Part shown: piece after piece, positions 51,916 through 64,000 of the stretch
How positions within the stretch are numbered: the first letter of the stretch is position 1
How the letters are laid out: every line of letters starts with the position of its first letter
From: Ptychomitrium polyphyllum
Taxonomy: Eukaryota
Assembly (NCBI GenBank): GCA_973851085.1
Contig: OZ316775.1
Coordinates: 12,090,001 to 12,154,000 of the forward strand
Direction: 5' to 3'
Length of the DNA stretch: 64,000 bases
Program-made: the position numbers and the translations under genes
The notes under the pieces: model-generated
The model's input: only the letters and a program-made list of their open reading frames with translations
What the model was told of the DNA's origin: nothing
Databases searched by the model: none

Positions 51916-54900
51916 CAATTTGACGTCGTGTCACCAGAATATTGGCCTTCAGACAATCGAAATATGAAAGTGAACATAGCAACTCAATTCCGAAAACCTT
52001 CCCAACCAGTATACTCTCATATCTGAATTATAATTACAGATACAACTCTGATTGAAACTATAACATTTCTAGTGTGTGAGCTTTGGAAATTTTCTCTTTT
52101 GAGAGCCTTTCACAAAGCAATATGAACTGACATGGAGCTATGAAACACGTTGCTGCATAAATTTAACATAGGTTTAGTCTCATCCTGTCTCAGACTTTCC
52201 ACTCCCAAAGAAAACAGGCAAAACCTTGGATTGGAATTTTTTACTGCCAGTAGGGGAGTCAGAGTGCAGGATAAGGCCTGCATTATGATGCCTAAACTAA
52301 AATTTAGCCAATGAACTCCTCTGATCAGTAACTCTCTTTCCCATTGGAGTTTGAAGTTATGCAAGTGTGGTACACAACTATTCCACACTTAAAATGACTT
52401 GGTAACAATGGAACCAATGAGTTGACTTCAATATACCAAACAGCAAGTGTCTCCTTCTCAAGCAATTGGATAGCTTGCTAGACTTTGGACATAGGATGGC
52501 CTTGACTTCAACATATGGTTTTGTACTTGATGCACTCCAATATTACCTCTGAGCATGGATTTTGAATGTTCAGGACCTTTGACACTGGACGTTTTTTTCT
52601 TACTTGTGATCTGTAAAGTGCTTTTGTACACTTAGTGGATACTATTCTTCAGTAGTAAACCTTAAGAGGTGATTTGCATTAAACAATGCCTTCAGCCTCT
52701 TGATGTGACCTTTGGTTGCAGTTTTCTCTCACCCACCTCTCAATTTCAGTCATCCTTGTTTCTACTGAACTAGCTCAACTACAGATGCCATAGCTGCTTG
52801 CCTAGGGGAGTTTGCTTGTGTGTTTGACACTTTGGCTGTTACATTTGAAACTATGAACCCCATGGGTTTGCAAAAAATGTGGTCAGATAGTTGCATTCAA
52901 ATTGTGGACAATTTCATTGTGGTTTCCATAGGTTTAGGCCAGGTTGGTTACTTCTACTTTGTTAGAGCTTGCCATTTCTGTGTTGGACATTCAAATTCTG
53001 CAGTTTGAATTGCTCTTCTCTACATTGGAATATGGGGTGTACAATGTGTTTTCCATCCAAAGGCCTGGCTCACCTTTCGAGTAGTCCTATTGCCAGTCTT
53101 GTAGCTGTAGACCTGCGGCCTCTTTACCCAAGGAGGGCAGTTTCTGTGCCACAGTTGAGTTGCCCTTTGCTGCCCACCTTAGGAGCTTTCTTTAATTTAA
53201 AAAAGGCCTCAATAAGGGGTTAAAAGAAGGAGTCGAGCCCATTGCATGTGATTCTAGATTCCAAGTTTCTTGGAAGATGCACTTAAGATGTTTGAGCTTG
53301 AGGTAGCAATTTAAGTATTTACAGACCACAGCCAAATGCATATATTGGTCCCCCAGCATGAACAAACTGTAGTGAAGATTTTGTTAAACGTGCACAAATT
53401 TTAGTAAAATTTTTGGGAGCACAATTGTTGGACGATACCAAACGGCTGTATTTAGAAATTGTAATATTTATGCACCTGGCAAGCCCTCCAAAGAAGAAAG
53501 GACTTGTGAGGAGGTGCCCTCCAACTTGTGAGGAACGCCGTGAAGTACCTATTTGTTGGCTGAGGCCACTAATTGGAGTGTTGTACACCTTGTGCTGGTT
53601 TGCCCCTGTTTTCAAAATCCTTATCAATATATACAATGCTTTCTTTGGCCAGGTGTCCTTGAGTGAGGGACAGAAGTTTTCAACAATTAAACCCTTGACA
53701 AGGTTGAAGCTGCATCCTTGGCTAAGTGACAGGTTGTTACTACGCCTGCTGCTGCTCAAATATTGAATTGTAATGCATTACATTAGTTAATAGACACTAA
53801 TTTGTGGTTGCCTTTTGCTCTAAAACATTGCTCTACATTATATTTTTCTGTAATTGTAGTCCGTGTAACATTTTTTTTTAAAGATAGTGGGCCCCATAAT
53901 TGTTACCTCCATAAGTGTTATAATGTTGTAAGTATTAAAGGAAAATTTAACTTCCTATTTGGGTGAACTAAGCAAGTGTTAAGATTTAAAGCATTTAATC
54001 ATTTGTTGTTTTCCCTTTTAAGAGTGATTTTCTAAGATGTATGTTATTCTAGATACATATTAAGATGACTTTAATAATACAAAAATTGATTTAATATTGA
54101 ACATTTCATTTTGCAAATGTAATTTTTTACACTTGAAATTCTATAAATGTAAAAAAAAAGAAGCCTTCTTGAATTTATTTTAAAAAAAAGATCTAGATTG
54201 AATAAATGTTAACATTATATTAGAAGGCTTTTATTTTCATGTCTAATTTAACTAGTAGTTTACAAATTACTAGTTTTTGAATTTAAGATTAATAGATTAA
54301 TTTTTTGAAGGTCAATTGATCTCCTTCAATCACCTTAAAGCCTACAATTCTTCAATTTTTGATAATTCATTAATAGCCTAATATTGACAAATTGGCCCTA
54401 ACAAATATTTTTAGATTTGTACAATATTACATCATTTTGGTTGGCTTAGGACTATCTTACATTTCACATCTTCTAAATATTTAATGAAAAAACTCTGAAA
54501 TTACCTAATGGCCTTGACACCTCATCTAAAATGGTTGAAAGTGGTTTTAACCTTCTTAATCAATGAAGAAGAGGGAATTCGACCATTTCTTGGCCATTTT
54601 TTGTGTGGTAATATTGTTTTATCAAGTGGCCATCATGCACAAGGCTAGTAGATTCAGACTACCTTTTTTTTATTGAAAATATGATTTGCAATAACCTAGA
54701 AGTAATTAAATACTGGTCATATGTATTTTTTTACAAGTCAAGTGTTGTAATACTTTGTTAATTTTGACATGCTGGTGGATTTTATTTGCATGCAGGTCTA
54801 CATGAATTTTTATTGCATGTGTTTGATATGACAGTTTGGTATTGTAGCTTTGCCTTCAGAGTGTGGTAACGCTTACAGAGTAGATAGTATTGTAGCTGGA

Positions 54901-56021
54901 GATTCTGGCAAACTTTATAGAGATTCAAAACCTTCATAGATTAGAGTTGGACAGTTTACACCTCTATTTATTTTACAATATATAAATCTTTGCAAGTTCT
55001 GTAATTTTTGGGCAGCCCAAAAAACAACTGAAATTCATGGGCAGCATTTTTTTATAAATAATAGGCTTGGAGTGTGGTTTGATGAATCTGCAGTGTACAA
55101 TTTCAATATTTTGCAGCATGGATAATAGGTGTGTCATGCATACATTGCATGATGTCTTGTCCTGATTGTGACATTCTGAAAGGCATGTGTTTTGTTGAGC
55201 ACAGCTCCCAAATATAATAGCATTTTGTCATGGAAACAAGCATATTGGAGGCCAATTAAGTTCATTTTGGGTGCCTATTTGTACTTGTGGAAATTGGCTA
55301 TTGGTGGGTATACATGGATCATGTGTTTGAGGTAACGTCGTCGGTGCTCACTTTGACATTGTATGGTGGAGTGCTTGCTAGAATCAATGCATTCCCTTCT
55401 TTTGCAAAGCTTGAGGTTTGTTGATTGTTGAAATATTGGTTTTTCCAAGACAGTTGGTCAGAAGATTGATTTTATCAAAGTGCACCTTGTGCCAAAGGTA
55501 TATTTGTATAGTGTTTTTCTACTTCTTGAGGTTAATAGGAGAATGAATAATATCTGTCTAATTTTTTCTATAACAATGTCCAAGATGTTAGAAATTGTGT
55601 TGCCTATAATTTTGATATTATTCATGTGGCAGTATTAAGCAAATAGTAGAGGATTCCTTTACCATGACAAAGCAGTTGTCTTATTACACTAACAACTAAT
55701 CTACTTCATATTAGTATTAAAATTGGTACTAGATCATTCAGTATGTGTTTAATCTATGTATATGGTTAATATTTGAAATTTTAATAAAACATAGAAATGA
55801 TTGTGTGCTTGTGCAATAAACTTTTTGTTGATGAGGTTGATTTATAATCAATTAAGATTATATAATTCCAAAAATGTGTAATTGCCCAAAAAAGAAAACA
55901 GTATTGAAAGTTCAGAGTTATGATCAATTGTCTCATATTTGAATATCTCAAACCATGGATAGCCCGTTATTTGTTATTTTGAGGAACTTTGATAATTTGC
56001 ACATTATACATCTGCAAGGTA

Positions 56022-56172
56022 AGTGTTGAAACATGGAAATAAAGTTATTGCATCCTCATGTGCTTTGTAGATTGCAATGCAAGAAAAGCTTTGTATAGTG
56101 TTGAAACATGGAAATAAAGTTATTGCATCCTCATGTGCTTTGTAGATTGCAATGCAAGAAAAGCTTTGTATA
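56022..56172. repeat. Perfect 75-bp tandem duplication
   Basis: 56022-56096 is identical to 56097-56171. Confidence 0.95.
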
Positions 56173-58214
56173 TTGATTAAATGAAATTAAGCATAAAAAT
56201 TAATTTCTTAAAGATTATTGTATTGAAAGAGACTGTTTTTGGTTTTTGAATGTTAAATTAAGCACATATAAAGTGTATTCTTTTTATTAGATCCATTTAA
56301 ATATCTTAGATTGCGTGGTTACCTTTCTATTTATGTGAAACATGATATATTGTTAATTTTGACATAATTGACAATGTCTTTTTGCTTTGATCTATAAGAA
56401 ATATTTTTTTAAAAGATTCAAAATTCTTATATGCCTCCAAATGTTTTTGATCCTTCTTTACTATCTAAAAATCCAAAGAAGTGCAAAAATAGGAATATAT
56501 GTTGTGTTACAAATGTTTTTTATATATTGCAATACTTGGATTTTTTTAGAAAAATGATAGAAAATTACTTGTATTTTAGTATAACAACTTGATTTGCAAT
56601 GAAGAATTATACAAAATACTTGAAAAATGCAATGGTCAATAGTCTTCTAAGTCAGAGTATTTTTTTCACCTCAAGATTTTTCCATCACTTCTATAAAACA
56701 AATGAAATTTGTGCATTACAATTTTCAAAATGATATTTAAAGCAATTTGCAATGTTATTTAAAATTGCACTTATATCCAATACTATGCAAAATCATTTAT
56801 TTTCAATAATTTCATAGATGATGTTGGAGGATATTATGGCTTTAAATTTGGCTTTGAAAAAAACATTGCTTGCATAATGGAACATACCTTGAATATATAA
56901 TAGAAGAATTAATATTTCAATGTTTCAAAAACCCAATTGTGATGAATTTTGATAAAATCAACCATTCTTATTTAATGGATAAATTTTCCTTATTTAATTG
57001 ATCTTCTACTTGATTTATTCCTAATTTTCTTTTATTTTTCAAAGTAGTAGAAATTGCTATAGAAATTCACTTGAATTCATGAAAAATCTCAAAAATCTTA
57101 AAAATCCTTTGAAGGCTAATTGATATATTAAGGTTCTAAATCCAAATTTTTTTTTTTTCCTATCAAAGCTATGGTTTGTGAGTTATTAGAATCTTTAGGC
57201 TTAGTTTTTTTCTAGCAATTTCTTTCAAAATTCATGGAAGACAATTTTTAATTCAAAAAATTGATAAAAGATTATAAAAAGTAAATATAATGCTGTGATT
57301 TGAGTGGCAAAATTTTCATCAAATTTTGAAGTAATTTAGTAATCAAAGTTGAATTATTTTGTGCATTTAGTGATTTTAATTGCTATATAAAAATGCAAAA
57401 TATAATTAAAAAATTATTAGAAATTCACTTTTGAATAATGTTAGTATTTTGAGCATGTGTATGACTTCATTTTTGATACTAAACCAATTCTTGATGCTCT
57501 TTCAAATTTTGAAGCCAAATCACCATATTAAATAGATTTGGAAGTTTTTTTCACCCATCTATGATTTTGAATCGAATCTTTTTTTTTGAATCTAGCCATT
57601 GTTTCTCTCTTCTTTTGATGACACTCTTCACTTGCTTTTCTTATTCTAACTCTCTCTTCTCTTATTTTTGGCTCTTTTATTTATTCATTTATTTCTTTTC
57701 TATTTTTTTTCCCTTAGTTAGAGTAGTATAGAAATTAAAAGAAGGATAATAGGGGATCTTGGATTTGGAAATACATTGATTAAGAGCTTGAAGAGTGGAT
57801 CAAAGCTTGGAAGTGTAGAGCAGAAGATTAAAAGCGCAAATCTAGAGCTCAAGTGTTGGAAAACCACAATTCAATTCAATTACAATGGCTAATCCAGATC
57901 AACTTTCTATGAATATGTGGCATGGTCAAATCTATGCTCTAATGGATTCATTATAATTTTTGAAGTTAAAGTACATTGGTGAGTTTGTTCATTATAGTTT
58001 GACCAATTGTGATGTGAGGCCAGATTAGGACTTTTGAACTTTTTAGATCTCTAGGCCAATATTTTATCTTGGCAGTTTAAGATTTCAGCTTCCTAAGCGT
58101 ATGTAGCACTTTCAAACTTCTGCTCTAATGAAGTAATTATGATTATTTAAAGTTGAAGTACAACATTGAAAATGAATGGTTTATGGACATGGAAAAGAGA
58201 TGAATGAATGAATT

Positions 58215-58384
58215 TAAGTGGTGGATGAAAATTTAATAATGGATGAATTTAGAATTGGATGGACAACAAGTTAATTAAAACATTCAAATTTGGATGAAAT
58301 GGCAAAATTTGGATGAAATTTGGATGAAATGGGATAACATTGCATATACTTCCTAATTTGTATCATTGCATATACTTCCTAATT
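58215..58384. repeat. Short-unit repeat cluster (TTTGGATGAAAT units plus duplicated CATTGCATATACTTCCTAATT)
   Basis: Multiple GGATGAA(A/T) units and a 21-nt direct repeat. Confidence 0.6.
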
Positions 58385-59264
58385 AAGTGAAATGAGTTAT
58401 TTAATTAATTTGTTAGTGTTTTATAAACTTCCAATTAGGGTGGATTGTTTTATCTCACATAGAGTTTGTATTAAAGAACTTTAAAGTTGAAGTTCTAGAG
58501 ACTCTTTTTATAAAGACAATACAAAAGCTAGAGTTACTTAGCACAAGCATAATCACTAAGAAAAACCTAATTTAAGAAGGTTGCAAAGCTTTTGAAAATT
58601 AAGCACATATAAACTATGACTTTCAACCCAGCAAACAGACATGGTGCTACCAAAATCCAATGATATTTAATTTATGCATCAAAGGTAAACTTGTCAACTT
58701 CCCCAAAGCAATCCAACCTCATCAAAAACTACCAAAGTTTTATAAGTTTTCTATGTTAAAAAACCTTCATAAAACATGATGAATTGACACGGAGCTATGA
58801 TAGCTGCATATTTGTAACAGGAGTTAAGCATAAATCCGTCTCCTCAATATTGTACACTTAATTTCTGGCCTCTTCACAATAATGGTAATCTATATACTTT
58901 ATCTGTACCCTGGGAAATAAGAAAGAGATCACCAAACTCTAGAGCCTCTTTGCTTGAAGCATTGGAACTTGTACGAAATCTCGATGTCCATTTGGATCTT
59001 ATCAGGGCTCGTAGTACCTCCTACTCGCTGCAAATATTCAAAAAAAATTGCTGCGAGTTTCTTCAGGAAAATGCTGATATCAGCAAAAGGGGAGAAGCCT
59101 AAGTCGGCAGATGCCGTACGCTTGAGTGGCAAAGGTAAGCTACACTATACGACTTGGCAATGACAAAATTATGCAGCGAAGCCGTCCAAGGCTCTTGGTA
59201 AATTTTGTGAGTAAATGGAAAAATAATATTTCTACAGAAAAGTGTTGCTGGATCTGTAACAGTG

Positions 59265-61477
59265 CTATTGCACTGAATCAAAGCTTGGCTTTTGGCACAT
59301 GCATTCAGGAATAGGGTGAGCAAGCACATCCTTGAAGCTTTTCATGTCACGGTGCACAGGCTTCCCAACTCTATCCTCATGGAGACTCCGAATAGTCTCA
59401 TCGAACTCATCAGGTGCCATGGTGGAGTTGAGGTAGTGAGGAATCATTTGCCGTTTGTTGGGCACTATGTGCTTGCGGTGGCCCATGTAAGCACGATGAC
59501 CCTGCACACATGCAACAAATATTAATCAATCCCCAGTCAGTGTAGTCCTCAAAATCACATTCTGCACATAATTTAATGATTGTAAAGTTGTATAGACTTC
59601 GGTTTTCTTGGTGTGATTTTCTTACCTGCATAATGCGGCCGAAGTTGCCGCCATGGGATTGCAGGAACACGTCGCTGTTGAGGCATACTAAATAGTCAAG
59701 TGCAGCAAGAATGGAAGCCTTTTTCTTGAAAGGCTCAAGCTCGTCATGTCTGGCAAGATTGTCTTTGTTGTAGAGATGAGGAAATTCTGCCATCAGTGGC
59801 TCCAGTGCGAGCTGCTTCCCAAAAGGCTCCCCTCCAGCCCAATATATTCTCGTGCTTTGAGATGCACCCAGAGTCTTCAGTAACCTACAAACTCAATCAC
59901 ATCCGGAAATCAATAATGAAGCCGAAAGTATTGTTCGTCCACTCACAAGTCTAGATAATAGATTTCAGTCTCAGACTCTTAGGAGGTGAGTTTGATAGGG
60001 AATTACCTGGCGACTTCGGCACCCGTGAGAGGGCAAAGGCCAGCCAATTTTCGCTCCGTGAAGCTCAGCTTTGCCCCACGCGAAGTCAGCAAATTGGGAT
60101 GCGCTTTGCGTTCCAAGCGAATCTGAGAATCAAACTCTTCCCCCAATCCTGGCAGACACCCCGTTCGCACCCACACATCGATCTCCAGGCGCAAGTGGAG
60201 TGCCAAGTATGGGCCCTGACTCCACATTCGCTCTGCCAGCCTCATGCCTAGCTCTTGAATCGGCTCGGCAAATCTTAAAGCATGAAAGGCCACTTTGCAC
60301 CGCAGCTTCTGGAGATCGGGTGGCAGGTCTTTCGAGAGCCGGGAATCCAGGCCTCGTAAAAGCAGGACTCCTTCTCGGCTTATCTGAAATAATTGATGGA
60401 CAAGCACAATTGGTGAAGTCCATGACAATGGTCTGCAAAATCATAATTTATTTGAGATAGTGTAGTGAAGTTGGTTCAATTGAGTATTAGTTAATAATAC
60501 CTTTCCGTTGTAGTGCTGGCGCAACCATCGAGGGCTAGCGTTCAAGGGCGTATGCTTCTCCTCAATTGGTCGGAAGACAACGTGTGTGGATGGAAGTGAG
60601 GAGACTATCTTCACTTCGTCTTTGAGCGTCTCTTTGAAGTGCTCCATGTCAAAAATGTCGCTGAATTCACTGGAACATCATTAGGGAAAAAATAAGAACT
60701 CAGTATGAAAGGATGCATTTTGAAATGATACAAATATAAACTTTCAACTGCTTGGTACTGAAGCTGAAAACAGTTCCCTGTTGTTAATCAACTTATGTTA
60801 ATCAATCAACATTCACCAGACTTTGATGAACTTCACCAAGAGCAGTTTGAGCTTTGAAGGGAGTGACTTTGAGTTTGTTTTTCCTATTTCGAAATGTGAG
60901 GATCTTACCTTTCATCTTCCCAAATGGGATTGACTTCCATAATGGGCACCACCAGAGAAGCGCCCAACACTCTGGCCATGACAACAGAGTCCACAATCTG
61001 GTTGCGCTGCTGGTTGAGCCCTCCATTCACCACCACCATCAGATACTTCTCCCGCTGCGCCACCACTCGCACCGACTCCTGCTGAAACGCAGGGCTGAAC
61101 GCAATGCACCCCACGAATCCCGCGCCATCCGGCTGTTTCCAGAACGAGTTCTCTAGAGCGGTCATATTGGACGCATCTACCTGATGTGGTGCCAGTGGTT
61201 GCACCCACAGAGAAGTCGACGAGGACAAGGAGACGTCGGAAGAAGGCAGACAGCCACCGGTTGGCGATGGAGGCTGCCAGAGGAGCAGGAAGCGAAGCAT
61301 GCTGAAGCAGGCGAAAATTGTGAGCACCGTGAGAACACAGCTGGTGAGGTGCGCCCTGCCACCGAATTTGAGAGCGTGCTTGCGGGGCGATTGGGGTAAC
61401 GAGTGCATCAGTGCCAACACTAAATTTGGGCAACTGTACCCCATTTGTTTCTTGCCCTGGGCACTCCTCATCACCAT
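59265..61477 (-). CDS. O-fucosyltransferase-family (GT106/DUF246) Golgi glycosyltransferase
   Basis: Exons 61477-60909, 60669-60501, 60383-60007, 59884-59626, 59501-59265(TAG), in phase. N-terminal TM anchor, NGGLNQQRNQIVD, DLQKLRCKVAFHALRF, YLALHLRLEIDVWVRTGC, GLCPLT, AALDYLVCLNSDVF and PECMC. The start ATG is uncertain (61477, or a nearby downstream ATG). Confidence 0.92.
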
Positions 61478-64000
61478 AGCCACTGCCACTCCAGCCACTT
61501 GCTTGAATTTTCTGTCGCCAAAAATTATACGGAACAGCTTCAATTACCCTTGAACAGCATGAAATTCAGAATCCGAAATCTTCCTCTGAAATTGTCGCTA
61601 CGATCCCACCTGATGATGGCTTTTATGACAGAGTGACAAGTTTGACTAAATTTAGCTGATATTCCGTAACCTGCGTAGCATGGCAGCCAGCAACTGCACC
61701 TGCCCTTTTCACAAAAACAAAAATGGCTGCTTCACAATGAACAATTAATTTGCAGAGCTGAAACTTTACAGTACAATTGTGGCAGACTACTGGTGATCAA
61801 CGTCCTATCAACACCCAATTATTCAATCACGTCTGCTCGAGTATGTACGTCACTGCACCAACTTGATCATGAGTTGGGCCCGCTAAGATATATTGAACTC
61901 ATGTTATGTGCACATGAGAACAATCCACAATCACCCCAGTCTGCACACAGAATTAAATCGCTTCGACTCCAACGCAACACATGCGTACGTCTCTGTGTGC
62001 AGGCTTGCTCGACTTCAGAGAGGGTGAAGCCGACCAGCACCACCCAGTGCTATCTAAGTAGAAGTGAATAATAGTGAATTGGTCATTTTCTAAGAAGTCA
62101 TGAAGGTGCTGCTCCTGGGTCCAGCCTGCGTTGCAGTTGTGGAAGATTGCCAACCAGGACGATGGGGCGTTTGAGCTGCACATGAGCTGCAGTGGGCGAA
62201 TTGTACTGCACCTGCTCATTACATGTGGACCCGCCTCCGGCCCTTCCTTACCATCTCCCTTCTTGCTCCTGCAGGTCCCCACATGCAACCTTCTGTTTCA
62301 CTACCGTCCAGGTGCACATGCGCAGATAATGACCCCAGCATCAGATTCTCCCCACACCACGACGTCCACAAACAGTAAAACTAAAATAATATACCATATT
62401 CTCCATCGGTAGCCTACTAATCGGCCATTACCTAAACTACCGTAACCCATGTGATTTAAACCACGACTAGTTGGTACTACCCAGAGATTGATGATAGTAC
62501 CAACTATTCGATTAATTGAATTACAGTTTATTACACTATATCCTTCTTACTACGCTGCATGAGGTTGACGAAGCGGGTGTTAAAGTGCTGGTTTGGCAGA
62601 TGCAAGGCAGAAACGCGTGCGAGATGAGCTGCCGATGATGATGCTGGGGCAGTCATCAGCCATACTAGTGCATGGCAAGTGGCAGCAGCAACTCGGTAAG
62701 ACTGTGTCACTGAGACAGTACTACCATACACTCCCCCTACAGAAAAGCCTCTAGGAAACTGGAATCACCACTGTAAGCAAGCTGGCTGATTAATTCAACT
62801 TCTGAAAGCAGGGATTACGAAGATTGCGAATTGATATAGAACCTTCTTATGCGTGGTTACATTCTGTTTACTTAGCTTATGGGCAAAGTCATCCGGCACT
62901 AGAGATTGGTCACAGCTGCCATGTCTGCATCAAAGTCAATTTGGAACTCCAGGCTGGAGCCCGTTAGCAGCAAGGTATTCTGTTAGTGGAACGACTGGTC
63001 ATGTGGATATTGTGGGCGAATCTCTGTAGAATCTCGGTAGATACTGCGGGGCTTGGGCTTCGAGCAGGTCTTGGCTTTGCCAAATGGGATGCAATATTGG
63101 CCTAGTGGGGAGCTTTCTTTCCACTTTGGCATATTCAGGGAAAGGAAAAGAGGAAAACAATCATGCGCTTTTGGCGCTGCTTTCAAGGTGCCTTGTACAA
63201 CTATCTCAGAGTCAGAGTCTATAAAAAATCCATTTCTAGGTTGAATTCTAATTTTTTGCACACAGAGACGTGTAACCTGGGTTTTGTCTATGTTCACATT
63301 GGGTCAATTGGAAAGGAGTGGAGTGATGAGTATGTACGTCATAATTGGCAGTCATGTAAGGAAAACCACATAAAGTAGAACAGCCCAGACACCCTTTGTT
63401 TTCCAGTAGGCCACTCTCAAAAGTTGGAACTAGTTATGTGCATGTGCATGAACTAGTTGTTGCTGATGGATAACTCAGATGTGATAATCTATCACTATGC
63501 TTGCTCATTAAACGTTTAAATTTTGTGGTTGGTTTTAAAGGAAGTAAGATTTGGATAGTGAACATTTGGAATGTTTACAAAACCCAGAGTTCAATGTGGA
63601 TCAGGATTCCATTATGACCAAAGGGGAACCAAAGGGAGGTGACTGCACTGTATTATCAACCAAAGTGAGTGCAGAATCAAGCTGTTGACTGTGCATGCTT
63701 CAGTGTATCATTTGGAACTATCTGACTAACTTGTTCTTTTTTGTATATTTATTTTTGGGAGGATAACTTTGAAGGGAGTGCAAGATATGGGAGCCCAACC
63801 CAGGACAAAGGGCCTTCATTTGCTGTGGAGTTTGAACATGGACCAGGTCACACCAGCCAATACTGTTTACATCAATACATCATTATTCTTTATTGTCTCT
63901 ACCATTTGAGGTGAGACATAGCATCAATAAGTGAATTTCAATGTTTCCATCTTTGAGCCAATTGGCCGTCTAACGTGAATTATCATTCCCAATGGATTTT

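Noticed and set aside
53319..53766. 146-aa and 117-aa opposing ORFs as real genes
   Set aside because: Both have non-ATG starts, no splice-consistent model and no motifs; treated as decayed sequence.
60912..61433. 173-aa alternative-frame ORF in the glycosyltransferase exon 1
   Set aside because: It is explained by high GC in the real exon and lacks family motifs.

Overview
Eukaryotic, intron-rich plant genomic DNA. Plastid-targeted genes sit next to a flagellar SHIPPO/ODF3-type gene, and gene islands are separated by very AT-rich decayed-repeat DNA. This points to a land plant with flagellated sperm, most likely a moss such as Physcomitrium (inference, not proven). Nine protein-coding genes were reconstructed by hand from GT-AG junctions: the 3' part of a NUB1-like gene, a plastid-type lipoxygenase, a SHIPPO/ODF3 repeat protein, a small DnaJ-type zinc-finger protein, a glucose-6-phosphate/phosphate translocator, a GRAB-domain golgin, a RanBP2-type zinc-finger protein, a fibrillin/lipocalin-like plastid protein and a GT106/O-fucosyltransferase-family protein. 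The most unusual structure is a ~715-nt inverted repeat (13199-13913) built from two head-to-head decayed copies of an unidentified coding sequence. It contains a 28-bp near-perfect duplex and is a candidate hairpin/proto-MIRNA locus. Other non-genic features are a probable solo LTR with target-site duplication, a tandem pair of decayed (possibly F-box/LRR) pseudogenes and several tandem repeats. No rRNA, tRNA or CRISPR array is supported.
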